64,000 nucleotides of DNA from Candidatus Eiseniibacteriota bacterium (GTDB lineage: Bacteria > Eisenbacteria > RBG-16-71-46), in assembly GCA_963717505.1 (NCBI GenBank), contig OY970342.1, positions 2,400,001 to 2,464,000 of the forward strand, read 5' to 3'. A model generated the notes under the pieces. That model was given only the letters and a program-made list of their open reading frames with translations, had not been told where the DNA came from and did no database searches. Of the stretch, positions 21,545 to 30,279 are shown piece after piece. The translations under genes were made by a program, and so were the position numbers. Numbering within the stretch: the stretch's first letter is position 1; every line of letters starts with the position of its first letter.

Positions 21545-23116
21545 GCGAATCGGTGCCCGGGGCGCCGCCCACCGGCGGGCCGGCCGAAGGTTCAACGCCC
21601 GGCGCGCCGCCACGCGCTGGCGGACCGATCGATGGTCCAGCGCCCGGCGCGCCGCCGCCGGCGCCCGCGCGGTGCTGGTTCGCCATTCCGCCGGTTTTGC
21701 CCTGAGTCTCTATGTCGCGCGCGTGTTCATGCTCGCGCGTGGCTGGGCGGCGGCTCTCGCCACTCGGGCCTCACGGTTACGGGCTCTGGAACACCCTGAA
21801 TCTAATATTTGACTACGGCTCGTACGCATCGTTGGGGGCGGTCCAGGGGCTCGACCTGGAACTGCCGGCCGCCAACGCGCGCCGCGATGGTCCGCGCGCG
21901 CAGACGTTGATGCGCGGCGCCTGGTCGGTGATCGCGGTCGGCGCGATGGCGTTCAGCGTCGGGGTCGTGGCGTTACTCGCGCTCCGGCCGCAGATGGCCG
22001 AGCTTGCCGGCGCCGGGGCTCGTCGGACTGATGTTGCTGGCCGCACTGCTCCAGCTCGCGTTCCAGTATCACGCCGCAGCACTGCGCGCCGCCGGACGCG
22101 TGCCCGCGGTGAGTGCGGCGCAGGCGGTGCAGGCGGTGGCCGGCGCGGGTCTCGGGCTGGCGCTGGTCTGGAGCCAGGGTTTGTGGGGACTGCTCTACGG
22201 CTGGATCGCAGGCACGCTGCTGGCGCTCGCGCTCATGCGACGCGATGGCCCCGACGTGCCGCTGATCCCGGGAGACTGGCGCGAAGGTGTGGCACTGGCG
22301 CGCATCGGGTTTCCCGTGTTCGCGTTCTACGTCGCGTCGTTGGTGCTGCGCTCGGTCGATCGTCTGGCGCTCGTTCGATTTGGCACTGCCGAGACGCTCG
22401 GTCTCTACAGTCTGGGGTTGATGGTCACCGGTTCGCTGCTGCACCTGCCCGAGTCTGCCGCGTTCGTGCTGTTCCCGCGGGTGGCGGCCGCGTATCGCGC
22501 CGGCGCCGACGTCGAGGCGGTGCGATCGTTGGTGTTGCGCACCCAGCGCGTGATCGTGGCGTTCATGCCGCTGGTGGTCGGGCTCGCGATGATATGGACC
22601 GGCCCGGTGGTCGAAGCTCTGCTGCCCGACTATCGAGGCGGCGTGCGCGCGATCCAGATGCTGTGTATCGCGGCCATGGTGTTGTCGACCGCGACCGTGC
22701 CCAGTTATTTCTTGCTTGGGTCGGGAGATCAAAAGAAAGTTCTCCTGCTCGGCGTGATCGCCGCGGCGTTGGCGGCGGTGATCGTGTTTCGCGCGGCATC
22801 GATTCGCCCGGACCCATTGGGAGTGGCCACGGCCGCGACCATGGGCTACGGATGTTTCGTCGGTCCGGTGCTGATCCTGGCGTCGATCCGGCTGTGCCAG
22901 GGCATCGCGTCGCGGGTGGGATTCGTCGCGCTCAGTCTGCTGCCGCCGGCGCTGCTCGCGGGATTCGCGTTGGTGCTGCTGCACGTCGCACCGGGGCAGG
23001 GCGCAATGAGATCGCTGATGGGAACCCTATTCTTCCTGCTGATCGGCGTGCCGGCCGCGTTCGGAGTCCTTCGCGGCGCGGCACGCCGCCGCGCCCCTAG
23101 TGATAGCGGGCCTTGA
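21541..23116 (+). CDS. Wzx/MATE-like oligosaccharide flippase (frameshifted N-terminal part)
   Basis: LGPHGYGLW, GFP....VDRL and LGLYSLG..LFPR; many TM segments. Confidence 0.72.
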
Positions 23117-23744
23117 GCCTGCCCCAGGAGGTCGGGACCACCGGCGTGGTCCTGTCCTGCAGGACATAGCTCCCCTGGTAGACCCAATCGTTCTCGTTAC
23201 CACCACCTCCGTCGGACGCCATCCCCGAGAAGTAGAAGTGAATGCTGCCGGTTTCCTGGGCCGGCGCCGTCCACTGGAACTGCCAGGTCACCGGGGACGC
23301 TTCACCTTCGTGGTTCTGCGTTCCAACCTCGATGTATTGCCGCGTCGAGAAGGCATTGCGGCCGGTCGTGATCGTCGTGCCCTGCCCCGTCATGTTGGCG
23401 AAAGTCCCGATGCCGGAGCCATTCACGGGATCGACCGCCGTGATCTGGAAGCCCCACCTTCTTCCGCTGTTGGACGCAGTCTGATTGGATGCCACCTGCA
23501 AGGTCAGCGTATAGGTGGTGCCCGCGCTGTAGTAGGTGGGCGGGTCAATCAGGGACACCGAGCCACCGAGGTTGACCGAGAATGAATCATGGCAGTCCAT
23601 GCAAAGACCCTCGGCGGGCGTCGACCCCACCGCCGGTGCACCAGTTCTGCTCCGCGGCGGACTCCCGTCGTCGACCACGGCTGCGACGACCCCGAACATC
23701 AGGAAGAGGGAAGCCCCAAGGCGAGCCAAAATACGGAGTCTCAT
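23097..23744 (-). CDS. Secreted Reeler/choice-of-anchor-V-like protein with CxxCH and C-terminal SWGRLK tail
   Basis: Signal peptide; RTGAP..EGLCMDCH; RWGFQIT; WQFQWTAP; ends PVVPTSWGRLKARYH. Confidence 0.7.
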   Translation of the reverse strand: MRLRILARLGASLFLMFGVVAAVVDDGSPPRSRTGAPAVGSTPAEGLCMDCHDSFSVNLGGSVSLIDPPTYYSAGTTYTLTLQVASNQTASNSGRRWGFQITAVDPVNGSGIGTFANMTGQGTTITTGRNAFSTRQYIEVGTQNHEGEASPVTWQFQWTAPAQETGSIHFYFSGMASDGGGGNENDWVYQGSYVLQDRTTPVVPTSWGRLKARYH

Positions 23745-24392
23745 CGCAGTCCTCCTTCGGTGAACACGCAAAGCTGCGCGACCTAGACTCTTTCCGCCTG
23801 CGTTTCGCTGCAATTCGCAATCGTCGTGCCACAGGATCTCCGCCGAAGGGGGGGCACCGAAATCGCAAGGCAGCCAAGAGGTTGATCGTTTCTCGAGGAC
23901 GAATTTCGGCCTTCTGCACCCGCGTCGAGGGGGCAACCGGCTGGAGGGAACCGACAATGCTGCAGGGCCGTCTGACAGAATGTCTCGCCACTCGGCCGTT
24001 GCCGGCGGCCACGGCCGCGGCCATGTGGGTGCGCCGGTTGCGTTCGTGATTGCGAGGATGACGTCTCGACGAACTTGAACCGAGTGGCGTTCGGACTCGT
24101 TTGCGTGCAACGAGAATCTTGTCATTACGAAGAATTGACTTGACGCCCGCCAAGCCGCTGGCTCGCAGCCTTCGCGAACGATTCCGCAACAGCGCGCTGT
24201 CGCGCCTACGTTGCGCCCTGAGCCCAGGTCTTCAGCCGGCGAGACTGAACGCTCTCCACACTCCGGTTTGTGCGGACGCCGAGGCTACACGAGCGCCGAA
24301 AACACGTGTGCTCTAATCGGTGAGCCCCAACGGGTCGGGTAGGACACCCGGCCGCAGCATCAGGCTCGCCCCCGAGTCAGGAAGTGCGAATC

Positions 24393-25700
24393 ATGCACGC
24401 CTACTCGTTGTCCCACTTGAGCGACTCCGATGTGCTCCGAAGTGCGGCTGAGTACAACAGCCAGGAGCGAGGCAGTGCGGCGATGCTCATTGCTCACATC
24501 GCCGAGATCGAGGCCCGTCGGCTGTACCTGCCGGCTGGCTATCCTTCGACGTTCGAGTATTGCGTCAGGGAGCTGAAGTTGTCCGAGGACTCCGCCCTGA
24601 AGCGCCTTCAGGTGGCGATGGCCGCCCGGAACTTTCCGGTTCTCTTTTCGGCGTTGGCGGACGGGCGAATCCATCTGACCGGGGCGCGTCTCATCGCACC
24701 GCATTTGACTGCGGAGAACGTGGGCGAGGTGCTCGCGGCAGCTACCCACCGGCGCAAGTCCGAGATCGAGGAGATGGTGGTCGCGCGCTTCGGCAGCTCG
24801 GAACGCGCTCGACCGATGACGTCGATTACTCCTGTGAAAGTTTTACATGCCCCGGGGCATGTAATTCCTACACTGTTGGACTCGGTCGCCGAACCTGCCC
24901 CGGCTTCGACGGACGAACCCCAGGCGGAAGAACCGGTCCAGGAGCCGCCAGCCCCGCCGCCCGTGTGTTTCAAGCTCCAAGTCGTGATCGAGAAGAGCAC
25001 GCACGACAAGTTGCGGCATCTCCAAGGGCTGCTCAGCCATGCGCTCCCCTCCGGCGACGTGGCACAGGTTCTCGACCGGTCGTTCGATGCCTTGATTGCT
25101 CAGCTCGAGCGACGGAAGTTCGCGGCAACGGCGAAGGCGCGACGCACGGGCCCCTCGAGCGCCGACCCCCGACACATACCCGCCCACGTGAAGCGAGCCG
25201 TACGAGAGCGGGATCAAGGGCAGTGCACCTTCGTGAGCAACACCGGCCACCGCTGCGGTGCGCGAAAATTCATCGAGTACGACCATATCGACCCGGTGGC
25301 CCGCGGCGGCCAATCGACCGTGGATAACCTGCGTCTGCGCTGCCGGGCCCACAACCAATACGAGGCCGAACGTGTGTTCGGAGAGAGCTTCATGGACCAG
25401 AAGCGAGAGGCGGCTCGAAGCGCGGTGGTGAGTCGTGCGCAGGCACCGGCGGTGGAATCCCGCGCTCGGGCCGAAGCCGGGGAAGCACGTGCATGCTCCG
25501 CCGAGGAGCATTCCAAAGACATCATCGCTGGTCTGCGAGAACTCGGCTTTCGCGCCGACCAGGCGCGACGCGCGGCCGAGTATTGTGCGACCCTGCACAA
25601 CGCCACGCTTGAAGCCCGCATGCGGGCCGCACTCAAGTTCCTGTGCCCCAAGCGATCACACCCACCCAACGCGCTTGCGCACCAGAACCACAGATTGTGA
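24393..25700 (+). CDS. DUF222-like/HNH endonuclease (13E12/RuvA-C-tailed type), probably mobile
   Basis: HIAEIEARRLYLPAGYPS.FEYC N-region; RHIPAHVKRAV.ERD.GQC..C..EYDHIDPVARGG.ST.DNLRLRCRAHN; GLRELGF C-domain. Confidence 0.85.
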   Translation: MHAYSLSHLSDSDVLRSAAEYNSQERGSAAMLIAHIAEIEARRLYLPAGYPSTFEYCVRELKLSEDSALKRLQVAMAARNFPVLFSALADGRIHLTGARLIAPHLTAENVGEVLAAATHRRKSEIEEMVVARFGSSERARPMTSITPVKVLHAPGHVIPTLLDSVAEPAPASTDEPQAEEPVQEPPAPPPVCFKLQVVIEKSTHDKLRHLQGLLSHALPSGDVAQVLDRSFDALIAQLERRKFAATAKARRTGPSSADPRHIPAHVKRAVRERDQGQCTFVSNTGHRCGARKFIEYDHIDPVARGGQSTVDNLRLRCRAHNQYEAERVFGESFMDQKREAARSAVVSRAQAPAVESRARAEAGEARACSAEEHSKDIIAGLRELGFRADQARRAAEYCATLHNATLEARMRAALKFLCPKRSHPPNALAHQNHRL

Positions 25701-25724
25701 AACCTATCCCGCCACTTCTGGAGC
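25656..25724. repeat. Direct copy of 29459-29528 (3' end of GT2 gene)
   Basis: TCACACCCACCCAAC...CCACAGATTGTGAAACC.ATCCCGCCACTTCTGGAGC occurs at both sites; 4 substitutions and a 1-nt indel. Confidence 0.95.
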
Positions 25725-25784
25725 ACGGGGCCTGCGCTTCGGCGAAGTGCACATTCCCTACGGCGAGCGCGTCGGCACGGTGAA
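25725..25784. repeat. Inverted copy of 29529-29588
   Basis: 60-bp reverse complement with 1 mismatch; both encode RGLRFGEVHIPYGERVGTV. Confidence 0.95.
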
Positions 25785-25867
25785 TGAACCCCGGGATTTG
25801 CTTGACAACCCCATGGCATGAGGGAAGCTTTGAGGTAGCGGAGCGGAAGCCCGACGGGGGCACCTGA

Positions 25868-28270
25868 ATGCAGCTTTCGGTTCAACTCGGCGTATCGGGG
25901 CGGAGAGACGATGTTGGGGTCCTTCTGGCCAGGGCCCGTTGGTTTCTGCTCGTCCTAGGACTAACAAGTATTGCGCAGCCATCTCCGACGCTGGCAGCGC
26001 TGGATGTCGAGGATCAGGGCCCGACCGTTACAGTCGGCGGTTTCTCGATGCGGGTCACTAACGCAGGCATTCTTGGAAACGCTTTCTTCGACGTGGGCCG
26101 ATCCTTCGACCCATCGTTCGAGTTTCCGTCTCATTCCGGTAACGAATGCCTGAACTACGGAGCCCTCTGGGTCGGGGCAAGGCTTCCCTCGGGGCGGGTG
26201 CGGGTCAGCGGCGGGCCAATCCTCGAGTGGCGACCGACCCTCGCGGAGGACGACCGGGTTCGGATCGCAGCGACCGGACACCTGGGGACTACCCGGCTAG
26301 TCGACGATGATGGCGACCGAGAAATCGACGAAGAGTGGCTCGATGGCCGTGACGACGACGGCGATCTTCGCGTAGACGAGGACCTCGGACTCGATGCGGA
26401 TCAGGTTGCCTTCGCAACCTTTTCAGATTTCGAACAGGCTGCGACTACCGGATCCTATCCCGGTGGAGAAGCTCACGAGCCATTGGGCCTGGTGGTGCGG
26501 CAAACGGCAATGGCTTGGACGAACCCGTCCTTGCGCGGAATCGCTGGCATACGGTTCGAGATCACCAATGTTGGCGATCAGCCCCTCTACGATGTTTACG
26601 TCGGCGTGTATTCAGACCTGGATTCTCGCAGGCGGTCCGATGTTGCAGGGCACCTGAACGATCGCCTTGTGCGCGGAACCGAACAGGTGGTCATCCCGAC
26701 CGGACGATCCGGGGTGACTGCCGGTGGTCGGGCAACGATTCTGGACTGCCAGGATGAGCTGGCTGCGGATTACGTCGCCGTCCTTGACGGTGTCCTTGGA
26801 ACCAACCTTCCGGCGGTGGCGGTAGTGCCGCTGGCACACACGCTGGATCCTCTGGCCTGGATTCCCGCAGGCCAAGCGTATGCCACGACACCACGTGAGC
26901 TGCAGTTCTCGACCACAGTGTTCCTTCCCGCGGGCTCGGCGTCGCGTGGCTTTGTGCCCATCTTCGATACCGACCGATATTCGGCGCTACGGGGGGAGTA
27001 TCCGGATGCGCCTGCGGACGTCCGCGGCGACTTCAGCACGTTGGTGAGTTGCGGTCCCTTTTCTCCACTCCAGCCGGGGCGAGCAATTCAGTTTGCGGTT
27101 GCTATTGTCGCGGCATCCGCCGCCGACAGCATCCCTACGGCCGTCCGCCGCGTGCTCTCCCTCTACAACGGCATCACGGTCAACTTGCTTCCCGACTCGA
27201 TTCCAGTGTCCGAGCGGGATCAATTCCGTTCAGGCGCAACCGGGACCTTCGGACACGAAGTGTGTGTCGAGCCTCCGCCCGGAGTGACGTTCACGGCGGA
27301 TCCTCACTGCACCTCTTACTTTTCGTCCGCGGAAGGCGCGCCATTGTCGGAACCTGCGCTCTATGCGCCCGGTTCTTGCGTGTGGACGAACGCCGACTGC
27401 GACCTTTGTACCGGTATGAACGGGAACGAGACGCGATTGCATTGGTTCGATGGCATCATCGCAGCTCCATCGCCCGGGCAGACAACCACGCCGGGTGATC
27501 ATCAGGTCCAGATCGCGTGGGACAACCTGCCCGAGGTTCTCTCGGCCGCGGGACAGCTGGGACCCTGGCCGAATCACGTGGTGGGCTACCGCGTGTGGAA
27601 ACTGGCGGACTGGCGCCGCAGGTCGGCCGCCTTGCCACCTCGCGAGAACTGGGCACTCATGGCGGCATTTGCCTTCGGATCCGGCGATACACTCTTCGGC
27701 GAGCAAAACATGCTGGCGGCGACCGATTCGTCATTGGACTATCGAGAGATCCTGTACGAGAGGAAGTGGTATCCGGTTGGCCGTTATCGAATCACGGACC
27801 GTGAAGTGCACAACGGCTTCGACTACGTCTATCGGGTCACGACCGTGTCCGAGCTCGAGGTGATCATGGCGGGCGAGAGGGCGGGTCGTGAAAATGGAAA
27901 CACCCCTGGTCGCAATGTGACCGATGTCGTCGTGCCCCATGCAGGCGCCTCGAGCATCGCGGGTGCGGTCTGGGTCGTTCCGAATCCGTATCGGGGTCAC
28001 GCCGACTGGGACCGTCCACCGGTTGCCGGCAATCCGATCGGTCAACATGTCGACTTCATGGGCCTGCCACAGGCGCGGGCGACGATCAAGATCTGGACGG
28101 TGTCAGGCGACTTCGTTGCTCAGGTCGATCATGACGGCACCGCCGGAGACGGCCAAGCCGCTTGGAATCTGGTATCGAGAAACGGCCAGGACGTCGTATC
28201 GGGAATCTACCTGTTCACGGTGACATCAGCGCTGGGTAGTCAGGCCGGAAGATTCGTGATCATCCGATGA
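25868..28270 (+). CDS. Large secreted protein with T9SS-type C-terminal domain and acidic DDDGD repeats
   Basis: VVPNPY, LP..ATIKIWTVSGDFV, WNLVSRNGQDVVSGIYLF and GRFVIIR; DDDGDREIDEE/DDDGDLRVDED. Confidence 0.75.
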   Translation: MQLSVQLGVSGRRDDVGVLLARARWFLLVLGLTSIAQPSPTLAALDVEDQGPTVTVGGFSMRVTNAGILGNAFFDVGRSFDPSFEFPSHSGNECLNYGALWVGARLPSGRVRVSGGPILEWRPTLAEDDRVRIAATGHLGTTRLVDDDGDREIDEEWLDGRDDDGDLRVDEDLGLDADQVAFATFSDFEQAATTGSYPGGEAHEPLGLVVRQTAMAWTNPSLRGIAGIRFEITNVGDQPLYDVYVGVYSDLDSRRRSDVAGHLNDRLVRGTEQVVIPTGRSGVTAGGRATILDCQDELAADYVAVLDGVLGTNLPAVAVVPLAHTLDPLAWIPAGQAYATTPRELQFSTTVFLPAGSASRGFVPIFDTDRYSALRGEYPDAPADVRGDFSTLVSCGPFSPLQPGRAIQFAVAIVAASAADSIPTAVRRVLSLYNGITVNLLPDSIPVSERDQFRSGATGTFGHEVCVEPPPGVTFTADPHCTSYFSSAEGAPLSEPALYAPGSCVWTNADCDLCTGMNGNETRLHWFDGIIAAPSPGQTTTPGDHQVQIAWDNLPEVLSAAGQLGPWPNHVVGYRVWKLADWRRRSAALPPRENWALMAAFAFGSGDTLFGEQNMLAATDSSLDYREILYERKWYPVGRYRITDREVHNGFDYVYRVTTVSELEVIMAGERAGRENGNTPGRNVTDVVVPHAGASSIAGAVWVVPNPYRGHADWDRPPVAGNPIGQHVDFMGLPQARATIKIWTVSGDFVAQVDHDGTAGDGQAAWNLVSRNGQDVVSGIYLFTVTSALGSQAGRFVIIR

Positions 28271-29448
28271 AAGCACAAGTCACAGTGGTTGTAGTGACTG
28301 CCCTCGTTCTGGCGTCGTGCGAGGAGGCCTCGCCGCCTCCGGCAGCGCCCGTGCCGCCGCCACCTGCGATCGCCGAGGTGTCGCCAGAACCTCGGAGCAC
28401 GGGCGTCCGGGACGATGCCGGGATCCGGGTGCAGTTCAGCGAGGCCATGGATCCGACCACGCTGAGCCCTAGGAACGTTTCCGTGCGCGTGGATGAGCGA
28501 TACGTCGACGTTCGCCTGGCCTGGGACCCGCAGACGTGGGAGCTGCGCATCGACCCCGTCGATAACATGGTGCTCAGCAGGACCCACACCGTCCGACTCG
28601 AAACTGGCATCCGTTCTGCGAAGGGTCTTGCCCTCACGAGCCCATACTGGTGGCAGTTCACCACGATTGGTATCCGGAGTCCGCGGGCACCATGGCCCCC
28701 GAATGATACCGATGGCGAGTCGCCATTCGTACGGCTTGCGTGGCAGCACGCGGATGTCGGGGAGCAGCAGATACAGTATCTCCTGTTTGCTAACGTGGAT
28801 TCGGCGAAGGTTGCAGAGCGGATCGGGGGGCCAATCGCGGCGACAACGGCCCCATTGTTCCTGCCGACCAGCCGGTGGCCCCAGGGAGTTCGCAACTACT
28901 GGGCAGTGACAGCCCGAAACCTATCCACGGGAGAGCAGGTCGATGGGCCAGTGTGGAGCTTCCGGACGTTTTCTACAGAGAGCGCGACTGAGACCGTCGA
29001 GCTACCACTCTCCGATTGGTCGTTTCTCACGTACCTAGGAGATCAGCTGTGCTTCGGCGCATCCTTCGAGACGGGTGGCGAGGTCAGCAACTGCGCGATC
29101 CGGTGGGACCTGCGTCCACTGGGGCCCAGGAAGCTGGCCTCGGCTCAGATGGTCCTGGGGCAGATCGGAACCAGCTCCGCACGCACCAACGTCTATTCGT
29201 CGAACGACTGGCGGGCGTGCTTCCTACAGACCCCCGGGCCGCCCCATTCGGTCTCCCTCATGGGGAGCGGGGTCAGTGACGGAACGGCCATCACCGTGGC
29301 ATCCGACGTCCTGACAGCGCACCTCGAAGCCACGATGCGGTACCGAGGTTACTTCGGGTATGTCCTCAGTTCGTCGGCCCACCGCGTGTACCCGGCTTCA
29401 CAATGTCGGCTGGTCCTGACCCTCTACCGGGAGGGCGCTGCGAACTAG
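28267..29448 (+). CDS. Ig-like (Big_5) domain lipoprotein
   Basis: Lipobox LASC; I.V.FSEAMDPTT; WQFTT; GPVWSFRT; ATGA overlap with upstream gene. Confidence 0.7.
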   Translation: MKAQVTVVVVTALVLASCEEASPPPAAPVPPPPAIAEVSPEPRSTGVRDDAGIRVQFSEAMDPTTLSPRNVSVRVDERYVDVRLAWDPQTWELRIDPVDNMVLSRTHTVRLETGIRSAKGLALTSPYWWQFTTIGIRSPRAPWPPNDTDGESPFVRLAWQHADVGEQQIQYLLFANVDSAKVAERIGGPIAATTAPLFLPTSRWPQGVRNYWAVTARNLSTGEQVDGPVWSFRTFSTESATETVELPLSDWSFLTYLGDQLCFGASFETGGEVSNCAIRWDLRPLGPRKLASAQMVLGQIGTSSARTNVYSSNDWRACFLQTPGPPHSVSLMGSGVSDGTAITVASDVLTAHLEATMRYRGYFGYVLSSSAHRVYPASQCRLVLTLYREGAAN

Positions 29449-29458
29449 CTCTCGGGAC

Positions 29459-30133
29459 TCACACCCACCCAACCCGTTTCCGCACCAGGAACCACAGATT
29501 GTGAAACCCATCCCGCCACTTCTGGAGCTTCACCGTGCCGACCCGCTCGCCGTAGGGAATGTGCACTTCGCCGAAGCGCAGGCCCCGTAGGATCGCTTCG
29601 ATCTTGATTTCCTCGCTGAACGCCATCCCCGGCGAGGTCAGTTTGAGCCGGGGGAGGATCGACCGGCGAAACACCCACATGCCCGACTGGCTGTCGCGGA
29701 TCGAGCGCCAATAGAGCACGCGCGTCGCCTGAGTCAGGATCCAGTTGCCGAGCTGGTTGGTGCCGCTCATCGCCGACGGCTCGGCGAGCGGGAAGCGGCA
29801 GGCCGAGAGAAAGTCCCATTGGCGATCTTCCAGCTGGCCGACCAGACGCGGAATCTCTTCCGGCGGGTAGGTGGCGTCGCCGTCGAGCGACACGATCACG
29901 TCGCCGGTCGCCGCCGCGAAGCCTCCGGCCAGGGCTGCGCCATAGCCGCGGGTCTCGACCGGGATCACGCGCGCGCCCATCGAGCGCGCGACCTCGGCGG
30001 TGCGATCCGTGCTGCGGTTGTCGGCGACCACGATTTCGTCGACGCGGACCGGCATGCGCAGGATCACCTGGCGAATGCCGCCTTCTTCGTTGAAGCACGG
30101 AACTACGGCGCTGATGCGCAGGTTACGGATCAT
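29459..30133 (-). CDS. GT2 (DPM1-like) glycosyltransferase
   Basis: VVPCFNEE, DNRSTDRT, RGYGAA, DGDATYP, DSQSGM and Y.ERVG.VKL..WRDGF. Confidence 0.9.
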   Translation of the reverse strand: MIRNLRISAVVPCFNEEGGIRQVILRMPVRVDEIVVADNRSTDRTAEVARSMGARVIPVETRGYGAALAGGFAAATGDVIVSLDGDATYPPEEIPRLVGQLEDRQWDFLSACRFPLAEPSAMSGTNQLGNWILTQATRVLYWRSIRDSQSGMWVFRRSILPRLKLTSPGMAFSEEIKIEAILRGLRFGEVHIPYGERVGTVKLQKWRDGFHNLWFLVRKRVGWV

Positions 30134-30279
30134 GAGCCGTGGAGCGGTACCGGAAGTGACGGGTCTTTGACAAGTAATCCTGCAAATTCAGCGCATTCCT
30201 GTGCTAGTTTGCGGCAACGGTCCGCAGGGAGCGGGCCATCCGGACCTTCTCCGCCTCCACGGCGCGCCGGATTCAGGAC

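Larger units (their letters stand above)
25785..29458. mobile_element. Integrase-less two-gene island bracketed by duplicated GT2 3' end
   Basis: Flanking repeats; more A/T-rich (lines 26041 and 26401 are 33/60 and 31/60 GC versus about two-thirds or more in core genes). Confidence 0.55.

Noticed and set aside
23760-23885. ACGCAAAGCT and CCGCCGAAGG resembling a c-di-GMP-I riboswitch
   Set aside because: Elements are in the wrong order, on the wrong strand for the nearest gene, and lack the P1/P2 pairing.
25656-29588. Repeat pair as a DGR template/variable repeat
   Set aside because: Mismatches are not adenine-specific (mostly G/C synonymous), and no reverse transcriptase is in the window.
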